Part shown: piece by piece, positions 1 through 12,717 of the stretch
Layout: every line of letters begins with the position of its first letter
How positions within the stretch are numbered: the stretch's first letter is position 1
Origin: Lingula anatina
Taxonomy: Eukaryota > Animalia > Brachiopoda
NCBI GenBank assembly: GCA_051362555.1
Contig: CM120640.1
Span: 45,176,788-45,240,787, forward strand
Reading direction: 5' to 3'
DNA length: 64,000 nucleotides
Notes under the pieces: generated by a model
The model's database searches: none
Seen by the model: the letters and a program-made list of their open reading frames with translations, nothing else
What the model was told of the DNA's origin: nothing
Translations under genes and position numbers: made by a program

Positions 1-664
1 CATCCACTGTCAGTGTAAACACCACAGAAAAATAGCTGCAAGAGCAACAAAATGACCGACACCAAAGAATATGAATGTTTTGTGAATTTTATTATATACA
101 TTATTATAAAAGTTTTATCAGATATTTTCTATAAAAGAGAAGTGTTTTACTGAGTATCTTGTTAATTTTAATTAAAAGGTTTGACTTTTGATATTTTGTT
201 GTTTGATTTTTAACCTGAAAAGTGTTAATGTTAGCATCTTTGTGTGGTCAATCCAATTCTTTCTGTCACAGAACAATTCAAAAATAACATAACAGTTTAT
301 GAAAATATAACAAAGCAGTTATTGATTGTGAAACTACTTTGATCAGAACTTGCTGTGTTACCAAAAGATACATGCTTATCAAATTGTACAAGTAATCTCC
401 TAAAAGACAGTGACAGTGCTAGCATGTCTACAATCCATAAATTGGTTTCAGGGCAACCCGCTTGCCTAGAGGATGTCCTTTAAGGACACCCCACCCTGAA
501 CTCCACATATTATCTGACTAGACCATTTTGAAGATTCCAAACCAATAAAATAATAATAATGTGCTTGAATTAAATCACAGCAGGTCAGAGTATTCAGTGT
601 ACTGCTCCAACAATATTATGTTCTCCTTCCTTCATTATAGGATTTGATGTGTAGGATTTGATTT

Positions 665-3600
665 TTAAGAAATGTACCAATTCCACTTCCTCTGTGTTTC
701 TTTCTCATCATCATCACTGTCCTCCTGGCCTGGCTGTGCCCTGGAGGGTGTGGGACCACTGGTCCACCCGGATGCAGTATTGCTGGACTTGGCACTGTCC
801 ACTGCTTTCACAGCATTAACTTTTCTCCATATCCTCCTGTATAAAGAGAGCAATGAACTTTAATTGTTAAAGAATTTTATAATTTAATGTCCATGTACAA
901 TTTTGAAAGAAGACTTAAAGATATTAAGTAAATGAAAAAGCAAACATGTACGACAAAACAAAGGATTTGGAGTAGACAATTTATGTGGGGAAAAAATCAT
1001 ATTACCTCTGTTATAACATTGCAAATGAGATGCAACAACTGTATATTAACCATTTAAAAAATAAAACAACAGACAGAATCTTCCAAAGGGAGAAAAATGG
1101 CTATCCTAAGATGAAAGTTTGGTCTGTTTTATACATATGTTTAAATATTCTTCTTGATTCTTTGATGAAAAAAAACCAAGCAGAAGGCAATTAGGAAACT
1201 GGGGCAAAATAATCAGATACCCATCATTCTGTCCACAACACCCAGACCATTCCACTGTGTCACATACTGACATGCAGAAATGAATGTATAAATAAAAAAA
1301 TCAAACACAAGATTTTTCATTTGCAAGTAAATCATTACATGAAAATATATTCTGTAACCTCATGCATTGATATTTTATAGAAAGGTACACCAAAAGCAAC
1401 AACATAAGCAGTAAAGTGAATATGGCATGCAGAACCACCACATTTTATATCCTTGATCAGGGGGTAACAACATCAACAGTTACAATGGCAGATCCAAGTG
1501 GCAGAAAAAATCTGAAATATCTCTCTTTCTGAGCTTGCCTTTTCCAGTAAAGTTTTTAATTCTCCAAATATGTACTAAGTCCAAAAATAGGACCAAAGTT
1601 AGGGGAATATTCTGCACAAAATCTGACCCTTTCTCAAACTGTTATTCTCTATCCTTTTCTGAAATACCTGGATCTGCCACTGGCAAGCTCAAACATTATT
1701 TGTGTTTACCATCTAACAGGGTTCTAAGACTCCTACATTGGTGAATGCAGGGAAGAAAAGCAGTGTGAATATATTATAACAACACTGGAAATAATAAGTG
1801 AGTTGTGCATGCCATGTTATTGTTGAAATTATATATACTTAGTCAAACTTTAAAAATTTCTACATGTTCAAAATAGCTATATTCATTTATGAGGTATTAT
1901 AAAACTAAAGAGTTAGAAGAAAAAATCTGTAAGAACTCCCTTATTGTATGTGTTGTCAAGGAAAATACAGCATGCAGTACACAATGCAGAATAAAACGGT
2001 ACTACGTATCACACAATAAACATGGCTAAAAATTCATTTACCTAATGTCTCTCTCACTTAGTTCTGCATCATCTATAATTTCATGGAAATCATTTTCCAT
2101 TTCTTCTATTTCCTTGTCACAGAACTCATTTTGTTTCATTAACTTCTGGATTTCAATCTGAATGTAAAAATAAGTAAAAGCCAATTTAATTAAAAACATA
2201 AATGGTATAATATTTAATTACCAAAAGACAAAATGATCTTTTTATCAACCACCACACTATATTTTGAAATAAAATAGAATCACTTTTAAACAAAAGTAAT
2301 AAAAGAATGTCTTGAAAATGAACAACAATTACAGTTCCATAGATAAAAATGGAAAAAAGTTATTTTGAAGATCAAACCCATGGTCAAAATTTAATTTTTT
2401 TTTAATATTATTTTTTTTCACATCAGTATTTTTTAAATTAATAATCTTTTGCATAACTATGAATCAATCAAAATACCTCGGTTTCCTTAACACATTGTTC
2501 CAAATGATTGCACACACTGCTTGGCACAAACTTTTCATGTAGGTGTTGCCTGGTAGCATTGATAGTCTCTAGCTTCTCTGTGATACTGGTGTGTAAGTCC
2601 TGCACCTGTTCAGCCAGGTCCTGCTTCTGCACTCCTACAAATGTGGGTATAATGCGCTTCGGAGGTTCTGAAAAAATAAAAAGAAATTTATGCATTTTAA
2701 AACAACATTGAGTGAAAACTTCTGTATAGAATGCGTATTTAATGGATTTCTGACCTGCACATTTTATAATTTAATGAAGGTATTAAATGAAATAGTGGAA
2801 TTTAGTGAAAGTATCAAATGATGTGGCTAGAATTAAATAAAATGTTTAGAATTATTTTACAGTGTTTTGAAAAAGTATACAGCTTTGGCTTGTTTCAACA
2901 AAATAAAACATGATCATAGTTAAGAATTTAAGGATAGGATCATGGGAAAATTAAATAGACTGGTGTGTTATGTACCTGGTTCAGGAGCTGCAGCAGCTAG
3001 TTCAAGTTCGTGCTGGACTTCTTTTCTAAGGCTGAAAAAATTGATATTCCAAATTAGTGCCAAGCATTTATTTTAGTTTTAATAGCTACTCTTACACAAG
3101 CAACAAAAATAAAAAAAGATAAAAGATGTAAATCTAACCCTTTGTCAGCTCACTTAAATTCTTATTAATTTGGAAAAATTATCAATGAACATAAGAATGA
3201 CTTACATGTAAGAAGTATTTTACAATTTGTTACATTACAGGAGACATGGATTGAGAAAGAATGTTTACTTCTCCCTGTGTATCTTTATGAGAATATTTTT
3301 TCTATATTTATATACTCCAATTAATGCAAAATGTGAAATACACACCTTTCATTCAGAGAGAGCATCTTCTTTGCCTCACTTTCCATGAACTCCACACTGG
3401 ATTTATCAGCCTCCAGATGCTTGGGTTTTGATGTACCTCTGTCAGACAGTTGTTGGATCTGTTCGTACAGTTTATTGTGTTGAGAGGTCTGAGAGTCCAG
3501 CAGAGTGGACAAATAATTGTCATACTCTCCCTTTGAAATGATAAAATATATATATATATAATCAGACTAGTATTAAAGTTTTATTTTATTTTGCTAGTCT

Positions 3601-5188
3601 AAATGCCAAATCTACTAAAGTCAACTACATGAATCTTGTACCTTGAACAAGTGGCTTATGTTGCAGACTGCAGGTTGCAGACTCTATTACTGTAAGTATT
3701 GTATGTTACACATTTCCTTGAGCCATACTGGGATATGCTAAGCATTTGACCAAGATTATCAATACTAAAGTAGTATTTGCTAAATAACATTATGAACGAA
3801 AACTTACCTTGATCTGTCTGAGCACATATGCAAATGTAGGAGATTCTCTTATCATGTCATCCAATGTGTTACTGTAGATTTGTAGTCTGTGAAAATTAGG
3901 ACCATAACCATCATATGGTAATGTTGCTAATTCCTAAAAAACAACAAAATACTAAAAATGGTGAAAATGAGCAAAGAACAATCTAAATATATTTCAATAT
4001 TCAAAATTAATCTTTTTATATTTATATGTTTATTGTTATATCTACAATATCTATAAGTCTTCACCATATACCTGTAATGTTTATAATTCTTAACTTGTTA
4101 TGTTTATAAAAGAACAATTATAGGCTGCCCTATCAATGACACCCAGGTGAAGATCAATACAACTGAAAGAAGTTGATAGAAATCAATTCAGCACCGCTGT
4201 TCAAATGACCAAGATCAATAACATACATTAATTAGTCTACGTACATATGTAATTGATACAAAAAAAAAAATAATAATAATAAAAAAAGATACTCTACCTC
4301 CTTCAGCTTCTGTTCCAGCTGTTCTACAGCTTTCTGCCCTGACATGACCTCTCTCTCCATAGCATCCTGTTTCCTAATCACAGTCTTTTCAAAATCCTTA
4401 AGGCGATCATACTGATCTCTTTTTGTTACTCCACCTAAGTGGCTTGAAATAAACCTATGCTTAAATGTATTAGGTGGATGTTTAGGGATAAGATTCCTTG
4501 GGGATTCATCCCTTGCTTCATCCTCCTCCTCGTCATCATCAGTATTTTCATTGTCCATGCTTTCCCACCTCCCCTTTTCTGGTTCTCTTGGACTGGGTAG
4601 CATGACATCTGGAAGCCTCAGCTCCTCAACTAGCACTGGAGGTTCTGTCTGTAATCCGTCATATGAGTCCTCACTTTGAGGAGGAGGAGACTCAGAGACT
4701 CTACCATCTGCAAAATTCTCTATGTCTTTTAATCTATGTTTTTTAACAGGTTTTAGATTTTTTGGTGTTTTATGGGCTTCTGGTGACTGACTTGGTGACA
4801 AGCTTGTTTTCCCATCTACTAAATGTTCAATATCTTTCAACCTGTTCTTTTTGGGGGTTCCTTTAGTCCTATGTGTCCTTGTTGGTGGAGGATTTGGAAG
4901 AGCACCTGATGTCCCAACACTAAAGTCCATGATGGCTTTTTCCATTTCTGATTTATTTTTGAGTCCTCTTTTTGGTTTTGCAAGCACATGTTTTTGCTTC
5001 ATTGTAAGTTGTCCGGCATGAGCACTAGGCCATGATTTGAAGGTTGCCATCTCTGGTGGTTTGTGGAGTTTAGATTCATTGAGATGACCTCCACTATAAT
5101 CCATGATATCTTTCCTATGTGCAACCACCACCTGTTCCAGTAATTCATTCAGTCTTCTATCTCTGCCTCTTTCAGCAGCCATAGTCAT
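665..5188 (-). CDS. C6orf118: C6orf118-like coiled-coil protein (TSNAXIP1 N-terminal-type domain), about 578 aa, 7 coding exons
   Basis: Exons 5188-4298, 3933-3808, 3530-3346, 3031-2976, 2667-2477, 2157-2042 and 836-665 all have GT-AG boundaries with consistent phases (1737 nt). Motifs [64 protein letters not shown] and GEYDNYLSTLLDSQ resemble recalled human C6orf118 ([45 protein letters not shown]). A probable non-coding exon 1 ends at the GTAAGT donor at 6759. Confidence 0.8.
1483..1682. mobile_element. Degenerate ~200-bp MITE (CAGTGGCAGATCCAG-type TIRs)
   Basis: Left end CAATGGCAGATCCA and right end TGGATCTGCCACTG are inverted repeats, similar to the termini of the element at 27057. No TSD is retained. 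Confidence 0.5.
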
Positions 5189-6838
5189 AGCTTAAGTACC
5201 TATAAAATAAAGAAAACTAAGAATGTGCATATACTAGTACAGTGTACAGATGAAGATACTGTACAACACAACAATGTATGCCTTGAAAGACTTACTTTGT
5301 CATAAAATCTAAATTAAATACTGTAAGCATGGTGTCAAAGTGCCTTTTACCTCAAAACACCTGGTAGACTTGTGAAAAATTAGTCAATAAGCAAAGGTAT
5401 ACTTATTGAAGTGCTTTTTAGACACATATTGATTTTTCGCGTGTGCAGACAATCTATCCACACTTAATAAACAGAAATATTGATTTTATCCTAAAATTGT
5501 GTAAATTTATGTTTTATAATTGCTCTTGATCAATATAAGAGCACAAAGGGACATTTTATCATAAGAAATGCTGTCACATTGTATCAACATTGATTCAAAG
5601 AACAGGAAACTTACTACATGAACATCAATTTGATACCTCAATGATATGTGTTATTATAATTATTATTCAAATATTCACTTATGTCTGTCAAGACCCTCCT
5701 TTGACCTTTACTTAAGTTGGTTATCCTGTACGTCCATAAGTTTCACGGCACATATCATGTCCATTAGAACAGGACCATTTTGTCCAAATATTTTAAACTA
5801 AATATAGCAAAAATTTTAGTTCCGGATGGATATTTCAACACTTCTCCCCCTAATCACCAAGGTACTCAGTATGCCGTATCCAAAGTCAATTACAGTACCA
5901 TAAACTTATTTTGAGTCTTTAGCCTCTCTCATAATGCCTCATTAATTGTATGAGAAACTTCTCATGCCTAGAGCATTCAAAGGGGAAGGGGGATGTCTGG
6001 ACACTTCTCATAAAACAGGCCAGAGACAACAAGACTCGGTGGGCTATGTAATTATACAGTTTACCGTCACTTCCATCTGAGTTCCAGGTGTGATAAAGTA
6101 TTACACCAGTCACAAAGCAAAGTTAGCAGTATTTTATGGATCAATACTGTGTACTAAGAATAGACCTTTCTTCCAAAATTCAATATTGTTTATCAACATC
6201 AATCACTTTTTAAGGGATACATTTAGGCATAGATTTGTTATAATTTGCAGAGGAAAAAGTAATTAATATGAATAAAACCTATTTAAAGTGCTTATTTATT
6301 GGTTCATGCAACAGTTTGATAATATTTTAGTATTTTTATTCTACCAGTACATTTGTTGTACATGTACTTACACAAGTGAGTGTTAATACTTACACAAGCC
6401 ATTTGTATGCCATGTCACAAAAACCTTAAGAGTGTGTAATACAGGTGGTTATTAGGCCTTAACTGAGGCAAAGGCAGTTTTGTGCTATATAGCCTTGATA
6501 CTGTAAATTGTATTTAAATATTATAGGGCACTGTTAAACATATATATCCATTCTATAGTATATATGCTAAGGTTTGTAATGGTACACATAGATAACAGAC
6601 ACGCCAGTGCCTATTTCAGAACTGTTTTCTGATATTCCTAAAATACCGAAAATCAGAATATTATGTTACTCGTCCATTAAGATCAATACACTTCCAATGA
6701 CATCTGCCATCTAAAAGATGTCTGTGAGCAGTAAACAGGAAGGCTAATAACATACTTACTAGTCAATCAAACTCTTAATGTAGTAAATACACCTGCAACA
6801 AAACAATGTCAATGATCCGCCATGACAGTTTCACCATC

Positions 6839-6852
6839 GTTTCCGTAGCAAC
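6839..6852. promoter_or_regulatory. RFX X-box in the C6orf118-like/inscuteable divergent promoter
   Basis: GTTTCCGTAGCAAC fits the GTYNCY-N0-3-RGNAAC consensus. It lies about 80 bp upstream of the predicted exon-1 donor of a probable ciliary gene. Confidence 0.65.
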
Positions 6853-7152
6853 CATCTGTGACCTTCACATTAATGAAGACAAGCCAAAAATAAATTCAAA
6901 TGTTTGTGAAAATCACAAAAGTTAATTCAATTTTTCTGAATAAATTTAAATAAAATTTAAATTAATCGAAAATAGTTTGTTGATAACTGGCAATTTTATG
7001 AGTTTGAATTTAAGTTATGTGTCGTTTCTTGCAGTTCTCCAGTAGGTGGCTCTACCTGTAGCAGCTCTTCTGTGTTGAAAGAACGAAATGTCGAAAAGGA
7101 GGAAATTTAGAACATTGAATTGACTCATCACATTAGAGGCTCTTTGGTCAGA

Positions 7153-7184
7153 ATGTGCCGTTTCTGTTGCGGCTGTGGTGACAG
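7153..7184 (+). other. Candidate distal first exon of inscuteable (short ATG frame MCRFCCGCGD ending at a phase-2 donor)
   Basis: Lies just downstream of the divergent promoter. Donor CAG|GTAAAA at 7184/7185. A uORF MSKRRKFRTLN* starts at 7088. Confidence 0.45.
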
Positions 7185-7303
7185 GTAAAAATGTATTAAA
7201 ATATCAGAGAAATTGTGACTCTGTATGAGTTTTATGTGAGTTTTGTACATTGGAAACTTTTGATCAAAATTAGACTGAATGAGACGAACTCCAACTGTTC
7301 AAG

Positions 7304-7332
7304 CAGGGAATTATATCGGATATAATTCCCTG
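7304..7332. mobile_element. 29-bp perfect palindrome flanked by a 7-bp direct repeat; minimal TIR-only transposon or footprint
   Basis: GTTCAAG[CAGGGAATTATATC-G-GATATAATTCCCTG]GTTCAAG: 14-bp arms, 1-nt spacer, and direct repeats at 7297-7303 and 7333-7339. Confidence 0.7.
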
Positions 7333-7517
7333 GTTCAAGTTAGTCTTTATTTATCATCCATAAGTTTGTGAATACTAATAGGGATTGGTTATCGTGATGA
7401 AGCGTGCGGATTGTAGATTTTACCCATATAAAGCCGCTGTCTATCCATCATGAGATATTAAAATATTTGCTGACTAACTTTCATGCACAGAAGTCCTTCC
7501 TGTAAGTTAAACGTGAG

Positions 7518-7740
7518 TACCTATGACAAGTGCATTCCCAGAGATTTAGATCGATCCATCTAACTCCCTGGGGGTTCACGCTAAATTGCAGTCAGCTGAG
7601 CACGCACGGTAGTTAATTACCCCCTTACAGCTTTTAGTAGGCGGGACAGACATTTAAGCCCGCTAAGCTGACAGTAATCTAGTGAGACTCCCCACAGGGA
7701 TAGATCGATCTGAAATATGTGGGAATGGGGTCATAGAGTA
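7518..7740. mobile_element. Old foldback MITE with long degenerate inverted arms
   Basis: Left arm CTATGAC..CATTCCCAGAGATTTAGATCGATC..CCCTGGGGG..GTCAGCT pairs with right arm AGCTGAC..CCCCACAGGGATAGATCGATCTGAAATATGTGGGAATG..GTCATAG. Both ends are bounded by TA. Confidence 0.6.
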
Positions 7741-9913
7741 AGGAAAACTCTTATTTCATCTCCAGAGCTCTATAGAATTATACTCAGTAGAACAGTGTTT
7801 GAAATTATCAAACTGCAAATAATATACATCAGTGTCCTATTCCTCCTAAATTAATTTTATTCATTGCAGCAAAATAAAAAAGGTGGTGAATGTCATTTAC
7901 TACCAGTTTAGCTGTCCCTACAAGTGGGATGGACACTTGACACTGATTGCCTCTCTTCACCTGGTTATTTACATGGCTGCCAACAGTACACATTGTTGTG
8001 AAATAACTAGGACCAATGAGATAAACTTCCTTCTTCCCCATGGAAATGAAAATCATTTGTATTTTTGAACAACAGAACTTGAGAATAAACTCTAACTCGT
8101 ATAACCTTAATCTGAGTCTCTGTGGAATTTGAAGTGATTTGCTTATATCCTGAGCTTAGGTTTGAACTCAAAAACATTATTTTAGGAAAAAATAGTGAGA
8201 GAGGTATAGATTAATGAGAAGCTGTCTGGGATAATATGACAGTTGAGAGTCATAATGAATAATACATTATTTAAAACTATGCTAGTAAGCCTTTGGGTTG
8301 CTGCTCTAGTTAGCCTCTTTTTTCCTCTTAATTTAGAAAAAGATAAAAGTGTTATAATATGGAAAGATGCAGACTTTGTAAAGGTTGAAATACTAGCCCT
8401 TTAATTCCATACTGTATGCTAGTTTAATGGAGCTCTGTTGCAGTTTTAATAAATATTTTCAATCATAATCTTCACCTCTGTGATTAATGACACTGCTATC
8501 CCTGCCTGGCTATTTCAGTGCATTTGTATAACATAAGTAAATTTATACAGGCACAATCACACCAAGATGTTTTAGTTGGGAAATCTTTAAGGGGCAAAAA
8601 TCTCATAATCAGACAAATGGATTGTTTACAAAGGACTTCAGAGTGGGAATCAGTGAGTGCCATTTGGAATGTATTTGAAATCCAGTTGCCTGATGATTAC
8701 GTTTGACAGACAATTGTTGAAAATTGTCTTGGTATACATACGTACGGGTTACCTAGTGTGTCACATGTAAATCAGTGTGCATTAGATATATATGCTGCCT
8801 TCATAATACTCTTTGGAATGTTAATTGTGAAGTGTTGTAGCTTAAACCCCACAGATTATTCAATACAAACATTATGTTGTAACCTGTTATCGTTAACAAT
8901 TATTGTCACTTTGCGTGGAATGATTGTTATTTTTCCATTACATAATAAGTTACATGTACAATGAAAATAGCCTAAATTGTAGACCACCAAAAGAGCTCAG
9001 GGTTTTTATATAAGGTTGGCAAAATTGTGATACTTCTGTAAGTATATATCATTGTCTATCTTAACTATCGGTAATTGAAAAACTTGGTGTTTAGGATCTG
9101 AGATTCATTATTTGCATTAGGAACCGAAAGGTATAAAACTTGAGGCACAATTGATTTTGATCATTAGATATTGCTGCATTTAATAATATTTATGGCATAC
9201 AGAATATATGAGATACATACTGTAAGTGCATGCTCAATTTAAGGCTAGACTTTAGAAAAATCAGTGACTTAAGACCAATTTTAGATAAGATAATAAAATA
9301 AATGTACATTGTAGGTATTCCCCTCCCAATTTCATAACTTGTAAAACATGAATTCAGTGAATTGAAGTTGTTTGATGGATGTGCAACACAGAAAGGGTGT
9401 GGTTAGAAATGACGTACATGTATCTCATCTACAAACACCACTGACATCTGTATAATTTATTGGTGTGAAAACATCAGCGCAAGTCCCGAGTTCTCAAGAT
9501 TGTAAAAGTAATGAGGCGCCGTCAACATTGTGGGAAGAAGAAATAATATTGAGCTTTCTTTTTAAAAATACATGTGACCTCCGTATGAATTCCAACCTCT
9601 GCCCCTGGTAATAAAGGTATTCAGTTTAAAGCCCTTTCTACCCTTTGAGTAACTTTCTCTCTGCATTTAGTCAGCACTTAATACCTGAATAGTCAGTATT
9701 ATTTCACATATTACTTATTCACATTCATAATATAGGGGAGGGCAAAGGAACAATTGGTAGGTCATTGAACCATTGTGAGAGGTGTTTAGGCAATAGATTT
9801 ATTACAAAGTAGTCTTAAATAGCTGTCTAAATGGGAATAAGTCTAATCCAAATATCTGCCCACTTAAAAACATTCTAGTGGCAATAAAATGGGCTGATTG
9901 CCTTCTTTTGCAG

Positions 9914-10047
9914 GTGTTCTTAGAGCAACACAGTCAAACTGAATACTTTGAAAGTCATGTAATGATCCAGCAAACATCAACAGGGTGGTGCATAGGGAAG
10001 TAAACTGCAGAGCCATTTTGGTGGTTATTATAGCCTTGTTGTACCAG
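9914..10047 (+). other. Candidate 5' (probably non-coding) exon of inscuteable
   Basis: Strong acceptor CCTTCTTTTGCAG and donor CAG|GTAAGC. Confidence 0.5.
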
Positions 10048-10833
10048 GTAAGCTGAAAATATTATTCTCTTGGTATTGTTTTTGTTGGCATTGCTTTGTA
10101 TGAGACTTTGTGAATGTGCCTAGAATAGACCATGATACAAAGCTGAGGAGAAAAGAGATGTTTATTGAACAGCACCAATGATGCCTGTCCTAGGTATGAG
10201 ACCGTGGAATCGGAGCCACAACAAGACCAGTGTTGTGCGTCTCTTGGCTTTAATTAGTGATAGTGGGGTTGTCAGCTTTTCACATTAATAGATATTTTTA
10301 AAAATTTACTTTGAAGTTCCCTCTTACCATTTTTTCAGTGTTATTCTAATTTTTCAATTTCATATGAGAATAATGGGTGTATACATATGTGATTTTGTAA
10401 TGTTGACCTCTTGCAAATTGTTTTAAATAACTGTTGCTGGATTTGCCTCCATGAATGCAAAATATTTGTATTGGAAATGAAGCTAAAAATGATGCTATTT
10501 TGGTTTCTACTTCAGTTAGTTGATCCAGCTGCATTTGTGATGTGTTTTTGGCACTGAATAATCATTTTGCATGCCTGGACACATATCTTGTAGCTTATTG
10601 AATTGTTATTGTCTTAAATGATAATTCCTGGCAATTTAGAAAGTAATTGACAGCTAGAGTAGTTGGTTTGTCATATTAAAAAATGAAGGTGTAGTCAGTC
10701 ATTTATCTCCCAATTGACATTTTTATGTATTAAGATACACCTGTGTGGTCTTGATGCAGTTCTATTCCATGGGTAAGGCACATTCCCTTAGGTACCTTTC
10801 ACATTAGTCCCAGAAGGATGGAATCTGATTTGA

Positions 10834-11010
10834 CAGGCCCGTAGCCAGGGGGGGTTCGGGGGGTTCGGGGGGTTCGAAAGAACCGCCCCTTTTGCTGGGA
10901 AAAGGTCCACTTTGGGTAAAGTTTGATCAAGGTACATGGCATTTTTATGGGAAAAGGTCCACTTTTTCAGAAAAAGAACCCCCCTTTTGAAATTGCTGGC
11001 TACGGGCCTG
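10834..11010. mobile_element. 177-bp MITE, CAGGCCCGTAGCCAG TIRs, 5-bp TSD (hAT5-like)
   Basis: Perfect 15-bp TIR CAGGCCCGTAGCCAG...CTGGCTACGGGCCTG. TSD TTTGA at 10829-10833 and 11011-11015. Internal (GGGGGGTTC)n. A second copy is at 20386. Confidence 0.85.
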
Positions 11011-12213
11011 TTTGATATCAGTGATGTCATCATTCTATCTGTTATAATGATGTGTGTAAGAAATTGTTATCAGAAGAGTGTTATTTTCTTAACATTAGCT
11101 AGGATGTGGTGCTCTGCTCATAACTGGCATAAGGCTGTGCAGACATAAGCTTGATTATACTTTAAGAGGTCCTAGGTTCCATGTACTTTTTTTTTGGATT
11201 CAGTCTAATAAAGTGGAAAAAAAACAAAGCTAGCACAGTAATGAATATTACTGCACAAACATACTCATCAATAAAAAATTGACATTCTGTTAATGTAGCA
11301 TTGTCCTGGTATTGGTTTTGTGACTTTTTTGTAGCAGATCACTTATTACAAAGGCAAACAGATAACATGATAATACACTCAGCTTCTCATTGTTATGACA
11401 CTTATTGTGTAGGGGAATATAGCTCATAAGTTTCATGTACTCTTCTGATTGGAATGAATGATGGGTAGAAATTGCTCTTGAAAAACAATTCCCTTTTCAA
11501 TAACAACCAGGGATAGAATATGGGCATCAATAATATCTCTGCTGAGCAGGCACACATTGAAATTATGCTGCCAGTATAGATTAATCAGTTGAACCTTATG
11601 CTGGTTAGGTAGAAACAGTGCTCTATATGATCTGAAGGTAAGGCTGGATTTTGGTTACCATTTGGTTATATATATTTATTTTTTTTCAATTTGCTGAAAA
11701 ATGTGAAAATTTGCATGTAGAAAATGAAAGAGGATTTATTTATTTATATGTTAAAATTTTCGAATATTTCATTTTTGCTAATTGATATAAATACAACAAA
11801 ATATGCTTATACAGAGTGACTTGAGTAACAAATAATATAAAGTTTCAAGTAGTTGTTTATTAGTTTGTTTGTAAGTCTAACACTAGCACCTAACAGTGTA
11901 CAAAATGCATGCAAGTATGAATAAAGTTTACAAATGTTATTATGAAGTTATTAGAGGTCTCTCAAACTACTACCTTATTAACCAATTTCAATATTGTGCA
12001 CATTTTTTTTTACTTTCTCCATGCAGCTTTTAAAGTCCAGAACTCAGTTTTGTATCTGTATCTATGAATTGGATGAACATAACTCCAGATTCCACAGTGG
12101 TTGTGAATCTGATTTACTCAGCTGATCCCAAGATTCTCTGTTATTATGTGCTTTGCTGGGATCTGATGATTTCATACATAATGTATTGAACTCAGTTGTC
12201 ATTTTCTCTTCAG

Positions 12214-12277
12214 GAAACCGTCCCACTCACTGTGATAATAGAGTCAAGGTACCAGGCAGTACTAGCAGGACTAGCAG
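12214..12277 (+). other. Candidate 64-nt 5' exon of inscuteable
   Basis: Acceptor TTTTCTCTTCAG and donor CAG|GTGAGT. The frame is open (ETVPLTVIIESRYQAVLAGLA) and in phase with the exon at 24388. Confidence 0.55.
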
Positions 12278-12485
12278 GTGAGTTGATGAAGCTATATGAT
12301 ATGTTTAACAAATTTGGAAATTAAATTGTCTTACTAAGTTTGTTTAACTATTCTTTTCATAATTAGTATTATATCCCTTCAGTGTGTTTATTAAAATTAC
12401 TGAGTAATTTTAATGTATTCATATAATAAATTGAAGTGTAAAATTAGTGTTTTTAGAATTACAGTATTAATCCTTGCCAGAGCAT

Positions 12486-12490
<5 letters not shown>

Positions 12491-12532
<42 letters not shown>
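12491..12532. repeat. (TG)n microsatellite
   Basis: About 20 TG units, ending about 20 bp before the 5' LTR. Confidence 0.95.
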
Positions 12533-12534
<2 letters not shown>

Positions 12535-12551
12535 CATCTAAATGTGCCATC

Positions 12552-12716
12552 TGTAGTAAATGTGCAGTAGCTCAGTATTGTGTTAGAGAATATCAGTGTT
12601 GTGAGTGTTGTGATCTCGGGAGAATACTGGAGACTTGAAAAATAAAGTATGGTGCTGGGAAATCAGACTTGGTGTCTTGTTGGTTTGAATCTAAGAACAT
12701 CTTAAAGAACATCACA
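12552..12716 (+). repeat. 5' LTR (165 bp)
   Basis: TGTAGTAAATGTG...GAACATCACA, with AATAAA at 12641-12646. Confidence 0.97.
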
Positions 12717-12717
12717 T

